Source: Candidatus Saccharibacteria bacterium CPR2 (lineage in GTDB: Bacteria > Patescibacteriota > Saccharimonadia > Saccharimonadales > QWHN01). Taken from it: a stretch of 64,000 nt of DNA. This document shows, one piece after another, positions 37,392-46,056 of the stretch. Location: positions 77,582-141,581 of the forward strand of contig QWHN01000002.1 in the NCBI GenBank assembly GCA_021404905.1. The letters run 5' to 3'. The notes beneath the pieces were generated by a model that worked only from the letters and a program-made list of their open reading frames with translations, was not told the origin of the DNA and searched no databases. The position numbers were made by a program, and so were the translations under genes. Position 1 is the stretch's first letter, and each line of letters begins with the position of its first letter.

Positions 37392-37436
37392 GCAAGCATT
37401 TTCCATCTTGCACCTCTTGTGGTATAACATACTGTA

Positions 37437-38099
37437 ATGGCTAATCTGAAACTAACCAGTACTACTATTTTTGCCATGCTAGGTCTTCCTGGGGCAGGTA
37501 AGACATATTTCGCACGACAATTTGCTGATCAACTTGATATAGCTCATATTAGCGAAGATAGAATTCGCTATGAATTGTTTGATGAATCATCATATTCTGA
37601 TCAAGACAATCGCGTAGTCGGCTCCATTGGCAACTACATGGCAGATGAGTTTCTTGCTCGAAATGTAAGCATTGTATATGACTCAGAAAATCACACTAAG
37701 AAATCCCGGCAAGAACTCGTTGATTTAGCTAAAAAGCACCGTGCCAAACTGCTGTTTATTTGGGTGCAGACAGACGTAAATACTTGCATGGATCGAGCTT
37801 CTTCCAGAGATAGGCGCAAGATTGAGGATAAATATACTCATGAAATTGATGAAGCTATTTTTGACGTATATAAGAGAAATATTTCCAAACCAGAACGTGA
37901 AGATTATGTAGTAATCAGCGGTAAGCACTTATTTAAAACGCAGTTTTTGACGGTTTTGAGAAAACTGCGGCTGCTCAACCTTGTTGAGCTAAACATATCG
38001 ACAGAAAATGTCAGTCAGACCACAAATAAAAACGAAAATAAAAAACCAAGGGTAGATCTTGGCCGACGAATGACTCCGTCCCGCCAAAATATCCTTTAA
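37437..38099 (+). CDS. P-loop kinase/ATPase (AAA_33 / zeta-toxin-like fold)
   Basis: Walker A GLPGAGKTYFA. About 160-aa kinase-sized core plus a basic tail. Extended -10 TGgTATAAC ends 8 nt before the ATG. Confidence 0.6.
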   Translation: MANLKLTSTTIFAMLGLPGAGKTYFARQFADQLDIAHISEDRIRYELFDESSYSDQDNRVVGSIGNYMADEFLARNVSIVYDSENHTKKSRQELVDLAKKHRAKLLFIWVQTDVNTCMDRASSRDRRKIEDKYTHEIDEAIFDVYKRNISKPEREDYVVISGKHLFKTQFLTVLRKLRLLNLVELNISTENVSQTTNKNENKKPRVDLGRRMTPSRQNIL

Positions 38100-38109
38100 C
38101 AGGGTTAGC

Positions 38110-38799
38110 ATGCCTGTCTTGCCAGACAATACTAATATAAAAAAGTCAAAACGTGCCAGACGCATGAGTATAAGAGTCAGACACGACGGCTCTGTAACTA
38201 TGACGGTACCTTATTTTACGCCCACGAGTCTGGCAAGAAAATTTTTGAATTCGAAATCCGACTGGGTTAATCAGCAATTATCTCAAATTAAAAGTGAACA
38301 ACACTCATTTGCAAACGGACAAGTAATCGGTAAAGCGCATCGCATTATTTTTCAATGTCATGAAGGCCCGCTAAAATCAACTGTAAGGAATAATCTAGTA
38401 ATAATTTCAATGCCTCATGGTGCAGAAATAGACGATCCTCTATTACAGAAGACAGCGAAAAACGCGGTATTTCGCGCTCTACGTAAAGAGGCCAGGGCAT
38501 ACTTACCAAAACGCCTTGACACGCTTGCGGGCCGCTTTGGTTTTATATATGAGGAAATACGTTTAAAAAATGCCTCTACAAGATGGGGTAGTTGTTCTAA
38601 CGCAAAAAACATCAACCTCAATATTCAGCTAATGCGCTTGCCACACCACTTAATTGATTATGTAATTGTCCACGAGTTGTGCCACTTAAAACACCAGAAT
38701 CATTCCCAGGATTTTTGGTATTTACTGGAAACTATTCTTCCTGAAGCAAAAGAACACAGAAGAGAACTTAGAAGTTATAGCATCCTTTATAGAGATTAG
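38110..38799 (+). CDS. YgjP-like metal-dependent hydrolase (DUF45/WLM-type HExxH)
   Basis: TRWGSCS...IDYVIVHELCHLKHQNHSQDFW is the signature of the family. Confidence 0.8.
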   Translation: MPVLPDNTNIKKSKRARRMSIRVRHDGSVTMTVPYFTPTSLARKFLNSKSDWVNQQLSQIKSEQHSFANGQVIGKAHRIIFQCHEGPLKSTVRNNLVIISMPHGAEIDDPLLQKTAKNAVFRALRKEARAYLPKRLDTLAGRFGFIYEEIRLKNASTRWGSCSNAKNINLNIQLMRLPHHLIDYVIVHELCHLKHQNHSQDFWYLLETILPEAKEHRRELRSYSILYRD

Positions 38800-38870
38800 A
38801 ACTCATCTTGAGTCCTAAATGCTTATGTTACGGGCGCTGGTGTGTAATAATGTAAATGGTTTATTAAGTT

Positions 38871-40502
38871 ATGGGTAGGAAATTAAGAGAATTTTTGGAA
38901 CAAATTAAGAATATGGAGCCCTTAAAGCATCCGGCATTTATTGTGGCTTTAATATTAGTTGGTTTCTCTACCACGATGGGCTTCCTCTTTACTGGAGAGT
39001 TTAATACAGATTATTCAGCCGTCTATTACGGAACGCTCGCGGCTACACTGGTTACTGTTTTTGCACACTACTTGAATGTTACCAAGCCAATTATTTACAT
39101 ATTGCTTTACCATATAATTGCAAGCATATTTTTAATCTTTGTTGCTCCTATAGGAGGCCCATATATTTTTATATGGATGCTCAATATCTATATAACTCAT
39201 TATTTGTATGGCATCAGAGGAACAATAGTAAGTCTTTTATGGCTTGCTATAACCGTTGAGTATGCGCTGTTATTGCAGCGTAGTGTCATCAGCAAAGACG
39301 TTGTTGTGCCGACTATAATTCAAATATTTATCATCGGATTTACTGGTGTATTTATGTCTAACATCAGCAAACGGTCCCACAAAGAACGCCGTCTTTTAAA
39401 GGAAACCATGCAAAAGGCGCAAATTGAACATCAAAGGCTGTTGTCACTGGTTAATAGCATGGGGGATGCTGTTATTGCTACAGATACTGACGGACAAATC
39501 CTTATTTATAATGCCGCGACTTTGGATTTGCTAAATACTAACGACAGCTTGGCTCTAAAACCAATTCAAAAGCTTCTTAATTTATACGACGACAAAAATA
39601 AAAAAGTTAACCTTATAAGTGAGGCAAAAAAAGTAAGAACATCAACCAAACGCACAGACTTGAAACTTAAGTTTTCTGACAATGATTACATGAATCTATA
39701 CATCAATATTTCTCCTATTGGCGTTTCTTACGATCAGGATCAGGAGGGCGGTTATACCTTTTTAATGAGAGATATTACCAAAGAAAAATCTCTTGAAGAG
39801 GAAAGGGATGAATTTATTTCAGTAGTCTCCCATGAGCTGCGCACACCAGTGACTACAGCCGAAGGAAATGTTGGTAATGCTCTGTATTTGAGCCAAAAAA
39901 GTAAAAACAAAAAGCAAGTTACTGATGCGCTTGAATTTGCTCACGAAAATATTATGTTTTTGTCCAATTTAATCAATGATCTATCAACATTAGCTAGAGC
40001 AGAGCGAGCAAAAGTCGACGCAGAAATTACAAAAATTGACGGTAAACACATAGTTGAAGAAATGGATAAGTCTTATAGTATAAGCGCCAAATCAAAAAAA
40101 CTTGAGTTTGAATCTGTTGCCTCAGACGATCTACCAGTTATACTTTCCAGCCAGCTTTACATAGAAGAAATACTGCAAAATTTTATAACCAATGCTATTA
40201 AATACACTAAAAAAGGTAAAATTATCCTCAGCGTAGGAACAAGCGGCGAAAACTTAAAATTCAGCGTAAAAGATACTGGGATAGGCATCTCTACCAGTGA
40301 CCAAAAACGACTATTTGAGAAATTCTTTCGCTCTGAAGATTACCGCACCAGAGAGACAACCGGAACCGGTCTTGGTTTGTATATAGCCAATAAACTCGCC
40401 GTTAAAATAAAGGCCAAGATCTACATAAACAGTAAAATTAATGAGGGTTCTGAATTTATTCTGGAAGTTCCCTCGCTTCATGTACACAAAAAGCACAGCT
40501 AA
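38871..40502 (+). CDS. membrane sensor histidine kinase (multi-TM, PAS, HisKA, HATPase_c)
   Basis: H-box SHELRTPVTT, N-box ITNAIKYT, G1 DTGIGI and G2 GTGLGLYI. About 5 N-terminal TM helices. No response regulator in the window. Confidence 0.9.
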   Translation: MGRKLREFLEQIKNMEPLKHPAFIVALILVGFSTTMGFLFTGEFNTDYSAVYYGTLAATLVTVFAHYLNVTKPIIYILLYHIIASIFLIFVAPIGGPYIFIWMLNIYITHYLYGIRGTIVSLLWLAITVEYALLLQRSVISKDVVVPTIIQIFIIGFTGVFMSNISKRSHKERRLLKETMQKAQIEHQRLLSLVNSMGDAVIATDTDGQILIYNAATLDLLNTNDSLALKPIQKLLNLYDDKNKKVNLISEAKKVRTSTKRTDLKLKFSDNDYMNLYINISPIGVSYDQDQEGGYTFLMRDITKEKSLEEERDEFISVVSHELRTPVTTAEGNVGNALYLSQKSKNKKQVTDALEFAHENIMFLSNLINDLSTLARAERAKVDAEITKIDGKHIVEEMDKSYSISAKSKKLEFESVASDDLPVILSSQLYIEEILQNFITNAIKYTKKGKIILSVGTSGENLKFSVKDTGIGISTSDQKRLFEKFFRSEDYRTRETTGTGLGLYIANKLAVKIKAKIYINSKINEGSEFILEVPSLHVHKKHS

Positions 40503-40504
40503 AT

Positions 40505-42031
40505 TCACTTATATGGCAGGCAAACATTGCGGCCTTTCCAATATATTTTTCCAAACTCATACATCAGCATAGACCAGCAAAGAACTCCAATCTCAATTAT
40601 TGATACCAGCGGGATATTTATTAGCGACATTAACCAGTTGGCATGATTAATTTTTATTGAAACAGTAATGTGCAGTAAAATCGCCAAGAAGAACGAAAAT
40701 ATCATCCAAAGTGAAATAGCGGAGGGCTTAATAATAAATAGTTCTGCTAAATAGAAAAATGGAATAATAAAACAAATGAGAATCGTGATCGCCGCGCTAA
40801 GAGCATGGTTTAAATTTTTTCCCATCTGCGGATACCAGTTTCTAACTGACGTTTCAAGTTGAGAGCCAAATTTTTTTCTGGTTGTAATCCCAAGCGTGTG
40901 ATCGCTAATTAAAAACTTATATTTTTTATTATTAGCCGCAACTTTAGCGAAATATTCTTCGGGGATCACTTGGCTATAAACTCTTTTGAAATCACCGCAA
41001 TTACTCAAAAACTTTTTATTTATTGCCCAGCAAGAACTCAAAACCGGTTTACCGCCGAATAGCTCATGAGGAAACACAATTTGCCAAAAATACCTTAAAG
41101 ATGAAAATAGGTTTGGCAATAAGTCTCTTTTCCGTCTCTCTGGCATAACAGAGATCATAGATAAATTTGAATCAATCATATATTCTATAATTCTTCTCAA
41201 GGAATTTGGCGAGAAATGCACATCCACTCCGCAAAAAACTATAATTTCTCCGCTTGCTTCCTCAGCCAAAAGTTTATAAGCGTAATTTTTACCGAGCCAC
41301 CCCTCGACCGGTCTTTCTCCCTTGATAAAACGTATGCCGCTATGTGCGTATTCGCGAATTGTGCCGCTGGTATCATCCTGAGAACAATCATCCAAAACTA
41401 AAATTTCCAGTTTTGGATAATTACTGGTTAGCGCGCAATCAAGGGCTTCTTTAAGAGCATGGTTCTCATTACGAGCTGGAATCGCCAAAGTTACTGTTGG
41501 CAGTTTGTCGTTGTTTATTTTATTTATTTTGCCAATATGTGATTTGCCCAGTCGAATAATTACAGTAACTATGAAAACAATATTTATTAGCACTGAAAAA
41601 ATTCCAATTGCATCAATAATCTGATTTTGCGCCAGATTAAGGTAATTAACTAAATAGTAAATTATTGCAGCAATCAGTTTGATCGCAACCAGCTCAGCCC
41701 AAGCTGAGGCCACTTTTTTTATAAGTACGATATCTTCCATGCGTCTTTCAAATAAGCGCATTGCGTTTAGTAAATCCCAAAACAATATGATTGCCAGCCA
41801 GAGAATATTAATGGACGTGATAACACTTCCCGCAAGTATGGTTATGGGTACTAAACTTAGATATTTAGTCACCCTTTCGCTGGGACCAAACTCTATAATA
41901 TAGATCTCCAGCACTAGCATAAGAACAGATCCAATAGCCCATAGCCCAAGCGGTAACGATAAATCAGAAATCATTATGCTTATACTAGCATATGCGTTCG
42001 TTGAAGCCATAGCAGTGATTAGTGTTGACAT
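40505..42031 (-). CDS. polytopic membrane glycosyltransferase family 2
   Basis: Central GT-A domain (TLAIPARNENHAL, LVLDDCSQDDT, FCGVDV) flanked by about 5 N-terminal and about 4 C-terminal TM helices. Confidence 0.8.
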   Translation of the reverse strand: MSTLITAMASTNAYASISIMISDLSLPLGLWAIGSVLMLVLEIYIIEFGPSERVTKYLSLVPITILAGSVITSINILWLAIILFWDLLNAMRLFERRMEDIVLIKKVASAWAELVAIKLIAAIIYYLVNYLNLAQNQIIDAIGIFSVLINIVFIVTVIIRLGKSHIGKINKINNDKLPTVTLAIPARNENHALKEALDCALTSNYPKLEILVLDDCSQDDTSGTIREYAHSGIRFIKGERPVEGWLGKNYAYKLLAEEASGEIIVFCGVDVHFSPNSLRRIIEYMIDSNLSMISVMPERRKRDLLPNLFSSLRYFWQIVFPHELFGGKPVLSSCWAINKKFLSNCGDFKRVYSQVIPEEYFAKVAANNKKYKFLISDHTLGITTRKKFGSQLETSVRNWYPQMGKNLNHALSAAITILICFIIPFFYLAELFIIKPSAISLWMIFSFFLAILLHITVSIKINHANWLMSLINIPLVSIIEIGVLCWSMLMYEFGKIYWKGRNVCLPYK

Positions 42032-42065
42032 ACAGAGGTAGCTTGTAATATACTTGACACAGTTT

Positions 42066-42087
42066 CAGCCAAATTAGGCTGTTTTTT
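42066..42087 (+). promoter_or_regulatory. hairpin plus T6 in the secE 5' leader (terminator-like)
   Basis: CAGCC-aaatta-GGCTG followed by TTTTTT, 7 nt before the AGGGAG SD of secE. A possible promoter TTGACA (42025-42030) / TAATAT (42046-42051) lies upstream. Confidence 0.35.
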
Positions 42088-42104
42088 GTTTTAAAGGGAG
42101 AACT

Positions 42105-42410
42105 ATGCCAAAAGGTAAGAAAAAATCCAGAGATATCAAGGGGTTTTTGAAAAAGGAATTTCATATGCCCATGCCAAAAAACAAGTTTGGTAACTTTTTG
42201 TCTCACCGAATCAGGCTCCCTAAATTCATCAGAAAGATTGGCAGCTATTTTAAATATTCCTGGCGTGAACTAAAAAAAGTAAATTGGCCCAAGAGAAAAG
42301 AAACATGGAAACTTACATTTGCTGTAATTATATTTACCGTAATATTTTCGTTTTTACTAACTCTGCTTGATGCAGGATTCGAATTAATAGCAGAAAGGAT
42401 ATTTCTATAA
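42105..42410 (+). CDS. secE: preprotein translocase subunit SecE (extended basic N-terminus)
   Basis: C-terminal KKVNWPKRKETWKLTFAVIIFTVIFSFLLTLLD matches the SecE TM segment. Followed by nusG. Confidence 0.88.
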   Translation: MPKGKKKSRDIKGFLKKEFHMPMPKNKFGNFLSHRIRLPKFIRKIGSYFKYSWRELKKVNWPKRKETWKLTFAVIIFTVIFSFLLTLLDAGFELIAERIFL

Positions 42411-42413
42411 AAA

Positions 42414-42959
42414 ATGAGTAAAAAAAGATACGACTCCAGCCGAAACTGGTACGCAATTCACACCTATTCCGGTTACGAAGAAAAAGTGGCCGAATCCATA
42501 CGCCAACGCGCAGATTCGCTTGATATGGCAGATAAAATTTTCAGCGTATTGGTGCCGAAGGAAAAGCAAATTGAAATTAAGAACGGCAAAAGAAAAGTCG
42601 TAGAGAAAAAGATTTTTCAAGGTTATGTCCTAGTTGAGATGGCTATGACTGAAGACGCATGGTACATAGTGCGCAACACACCGAACGTTACCGGATTTGT
42701 AGGTACTGGAACAGAACCCACCCCAGTTTCTGATGAAGAGATGCAAAAGATCCAAAAACGCATGGGCGTAGAGCAACCTAAACATAAGATTGACTTTAAT
42801 GTTGGAGAAGTAGTCAGCATTGTTGACGGACCGTTTAAAGGTTTTGACGGCGCAATCAATGAGATCGATCAGCAAAAAGGTAAGATCAAAGTTCTGGTTA
42901 ACATGTTTGGCCGCGAGACACCAGTTGAGCTGGATGGACTTCAAGTAAAGAGATTATAA
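42414..42959 (+). CDS. nusG: transcription termination/antitermination factor NusG
   Basis: NWYAIHTYSGYEEKV (NGN domain) and VSIVDGPFKGFDGAINEID (KOW domain). Confidence 0.96.
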   Translation: MSKKRYDSSRNWYAIHTYSGYEEKVAESIRQRADSLDMADKIFSVLVPKEKQIEIKNGKRKVVEKKIFQGYVLVEMAMTEDAWYIVRNTPNVTGFVGTGTEPTPVSDEEMQKIQKRMGVEQPKHKIDFNVGEVVSIVDGPFKGFDGAINEIDQQKGKIKVLVNMFGRETPVELDGLQVKRL

Positions 42960-42978
42960 GATAAGGAGAAGACTAAAA

Positions 42979-43422
42979 GTGGCAAAAGGCGAGAAAAAAG
43001 TTATAGCAAATGTAAAGATGCGGATTCCTGCAGGACGCGCATCGGCGGGACCCCCTGTTGGTTCTGTTCTTGGCCAATATGGCGTAAACATGATGGATTT
43101 TGTTAACCCGTTTAACGAACAAACCAAAGACCTTCAGGGCCAGGACGTAGGAGTTAAAGTTAAGATTTACGATGACAGATCTTTTGAATTTACTGTGTCA
43201 GCAGGCCCGCCAGCAGACGACCTCATCCGAAAGGCAGCAGGTATAGATAAGGGCTCAGGCAAGCCTCACGAAGAAAAAGTGGCCAAAATTACAAAGAGCC
43301 AGGTGGAAGAAATCGCTAAAGTAAAAATGAGTGATTTAAACACGGATGATTTAGAACAAGCCTGCAAAGTTATCGCAGGAACAGCCCGGTCAATGGGCGT
43401 TGAAGTCGATTGGGAAAAATAA
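42979..43422 (+). CDS. rplK: 50S ribosomal protein L11
   Basis: GTG start with AAGGAG at 42963-42968. MRIPAGRASAGPPVGSVLGQYGVNMMDF. Confidence 0.96.
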   Translation: MAKGEKKVIANVKMRIPAGRASAGPPVGSVLGQYGVNMMDFVNPFNEQTKDLQGQDVGVKVKIYDDRSFEFTVSAGPPADDLIRKAAGIDKGSGKPHEEKVAKITKSQVEEIAKVKMSDLNTDDLEQACKVIAGTARSMGVEVDWEK

Positions 43423-43487
43423 TTTATTTTAAAGTGTGGGAGTTGCTGGACAGAATTCAGGACGCTTGAACCACAAAGGAGAAAATT

Positions 43488-44456
43488 ATGAGTAAGGCAA
43501 AGGTTGAAAATCAGTCGGAAAACAACCAAAAGAAAGAAGACGAAAAAGAGAAACAGGCACCAAAAAACGTCGAAAATACTACAGATGACACGAAACCTGT
43601 TGATGCAGATAAGCCACTGGCAAAGGCAGGAAAACGCAGCGCCAAAGCCATAAAAGAGGCTGAAGAAAAAGCCGATAAAGAAGCCAGAAAAGCAAAATCT
43701 GCCCAAACTGAAGATGAAAAAAGCGTTAAAAAAGCTCCCGTTCAGAAAACTCGCTCAAAACTCGAGCGCAGAAGCAAAAATTACCGAAACAGCGCGAAGA
43801 AGATCGATTCGAACAAATATTACAATCTTAGCGATGCTATTGCTCTTGCCGCTCAAACATCCACGGTAAAATTTGATGCAAGCGTAGAGATCCATCTAAA
43901 TCTTAACGCTGACCCGAAACTGGCTGACCAAAATATTCGCGGCAGCCTGGTTTTGCCTCACGGAACTGGGAAAACAATGAGAGTAGCGGTATTCGCACCA
44001 AGCGAAGAAGCAGCCGCGCTCAAAAACGCTGGAGCTGATATAGCCGGAGAAGACGAAGTTATAAACTTGCTCAGTAAGGAAAATCTGGACCTTGATATTT
44101 TGATCGCGCATCCAAAATTAATGAGCCAACTTGCACGATTTGCTAAACTCCTGGGCCCCAAAGGATTAATGCCTAATCCAAAAAGCGGTACTGTCACCGC
44201 TAACCTCGCCAAAGCAGTAAAAGAAGCAAAAGGCGGCCGGGTTGAATACAGAGTAGACAAGCAGGGGATTATCCACGCCTCAATCGGGAAAGTAAGCTTC
44301 AAGCAAGATCAGTTAGTCGAAAACGCCAAAGCTCTGATTAACTCAATTTATTCCGCAAAACCGGCAAGCGTTAAAGGAGCTTTAATTTCATCTATCAGCG
44401 TAACCTCAACTATGGGGCCTGGTATCAAAGTAGATGTCTCCAGCGCTAAGAGCTAA
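43488..44456 (+). CDS. rplA: 50S ribosomal protein L1 with ~95-aa K/E-rich N-terminal extension
   Basis: The L1 core starts near RSKNYRNSAKKIDSNKYYNLSDAIAL...VLPHGTGKTMRVAVF. The preceding ~95 residues are low-complexity KEKQ/AEEKADKE. Confidence 0.93.
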   Translation: MSKAKVENQSENNQKKEDEKEKQAPKNVENTTDDTKPVDADKPLAKAGKRSAKAIKEAEEKADKEARKAKSAQTEDEKSVKKAPVQKTRSKLERRSKNYRNSAKKIDSNKYYNLSDAIALAAQTSTVKFDASVEIHLNLNADPKLADQNIRGSLVLPHGTGKTMRVAVFAPSEEAAALKNAGADIAGEDEVINLLSKENLDLDILIAHPKLMSQLARFAKLLGPKGLMPNPKSGTVTANLAKAVKEAKGGRVEYRVDKQGIIHASIGKVSFKQDQLVENAKALINSIYSAKPASVKGALISSISVTSTMGPGIKVDVSSAKS

Positions 44457-44502
44457 AACTTACCCTAAACATTTGTAAGCAAACACCGAAAAACCATATA
44501 AT

Positions 44503-45276
44503 ATGCTTATGCATGTTATTGGGATTACGGGCGCCATAGGGCATGGCAAGTCTACGCTGGCAAAATATCTACTGGACGACGTGGGTAGTGGCCGAATCAT
44601 TGAAACTTCTGAAGATATTGTTTCGGTTGCAAATAATTGGCTTAGATTTTTGCCAGAATCACTCAAAACCAATCCTCCCGGCTATGAGTTACTAAACGAC
44701 TGGATAGACTCACTCGCGGACGTCATAAGGAGAGAAGGTTTAGGCGATATAAATGCGAAAAAACTCCACGTAAGTGAGCTGCAAATTGAATCGAGAGAGC
44801 AATCGATCTTAAAATTATTAGAATATCTCGAAAATATTAGAACTGGAACAGTAGCGTCGAATGAAATTATTGGCGCCCATAATAAAGACAACCATAGGCC
44901 CATTCTACAGTGGATTGGCGGTTATTTAGTAAAACACTATCACGAGGGAATATGGTTCGATGCAATAAATAAAAAGATTCAACAAGCTGGCTCTGATGGT
45001 TTAAAGCTCACGCTCGTGTGTGGTGTACGATTTTTATATGACATGAAAGTCATAAAAGATAATCAAGGCGTAGTTGTAAAAATTGAGAGACCTTCCACTA
45101 TGGTGGCCGATAGCAATGAAGTCACTGAAAAGGAACGCGCCTACTTAACACCAGACACCACGGTACTCAACGACTCCGGTCTAAACGCGCTCCACGAAAC
45201 TGCGAAAGTACTCTATGACGACATCTCAAGCAAGCATCTTTTAGAAAAATACGTTTGCTCCGATTTTGCAGATTAG
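44503..45276 (+). CDS. P-loop nucleotide kinase-like protein (CoaE/dNMP-kinase-like N-terminus)
   Basis: VIGITGAIGHGKSTLAKYL is a Walker A at the extreme N-terminus. TATAAT (44497-44502) abuts the first ATG, so the second ATG at 44509 is the likely leaderless start. Confidence 0.55.
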   Translation: MLMHVIGITGAIGHGKSTLAKYLLDDVGSGRIIETSEDIVSVANNWLRFLPESLKTNPPGYELLNDWIDSLADVIRREGLGDINAKKLHVSELQIESREQSILKLLEYLENIRTGTVASNEIIGAHNKDNHRPILQWIGGYLVKHYHEGIWFDAINKKIQQAGSDGLKLTLVCGVRFLYDMKVIKDNQGVVVKIERPSTMVADSNEVTEKERAYLTPDTTVLNDSGLNALHETAKVLYDDISSKHLLEKYVCSDFAD

Positions 45277-45366
45277 CTCTTAGTTCCTAAAAATAACGCT
45301 TGTGCTTGCTCATAGTTTCTGGTTTAAAGTAGACTATTCTTAGTATTTATGGGGGAGTATCGCGCC

Positions 45367-46056
45367 ATGCCGGGGGTGTATAGTAATATCGAAATAAAAA
45401 ATGCCATTAGAGAAGGCCACATAGTATTTCATCCTTATATAGAAGAAAATATTAATGGCAGCAGCATAGACGTTACTCTGGGTTATTGGTACTACAGAAC
45501 AGAGCGTACCAGTAACAAAGGCGTGTATAATCCGCTTGATGAAGACGATGTTTACAGATATTTTGAAGGGCCACACCACGCTGAAACTCATAGTCTTTGG
45601 TGTGAAAAAAATCAGCGCTCACTTTTTAAAAATATTCCCGAAGACCACCCAATTATAGTTTTGCAACCAGGCGAGAGAATTCTTGCCCACACACATGAAT
45701 TTATCGGGATCCGTGCGCCAGGCACCAGTACAATGCAGGCTCGCTCTACGTGGGGTAGAAATGGTGTTGCCGTTTGTCTTGACGCGGGCTGGGGCGACCC
45801 GGGGTATATCAACCGTTGGACTATGGAAATTTATAATATGAACCAGCACGAATGCGTTGTGCTGCCGGTAGGCGAAAGAGTAGCGCAAATGGTTTTTTAT
45901 CAAACAGGACCGGTTGAGGGAGAGTACAGTCAACTCAGTGGTAAGTATCAAGCCAGTAAAGATTCTGATTTAAAAGAAATTATCCGCACCTGGAAACCGC
46001 AGCAGATGTTACCACGCGCGTATAAAGACAAAAGAATGAGGCCGCTAGATGTCTGA
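45367..46056 (+). CDS. dcd: dCTP deaminase / dUTPase-superfamily protein
   Basis: ORF 45349..46056 with the start at ATG 45367 (GGGGGAG SD 9 nt upstream). NGSSIDVTLG and GWGDPGY..RWTMEIYN resemble Dcd blocks. 8-nt overlap with the next gene. Confidence 0.75.
   Translation: MPGVYSNIEIKNAIREGHIVFHPYIEENINGSSIDVTLGYWYYRTERTSNKGVYNPLDEDDVYRYFEGPHHAETHSLWCEKNQRSLFKNIPEDHPIIVLQPGERILAHTHEFIGIRAPGTSTMQARSTWGRNGVAVCLDAGWGDPGYINRWTMEIYNMNQHECVVLPVGERVAQMVFYQTGPVEGEYSQLSGKYQASKDSDLKEIIRTWKPQQMLPRAYKDKRMRPLDV

Noticed and set aside
43423-43487. L1-binding autoregulatory mRNA site between rplK and rplA (GUGGGAG-containing stretch).
   Set aside because: I could not draw a convincing mimic of the 23S L1-stalk helix by eye. 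Only covariation analysis could support it.
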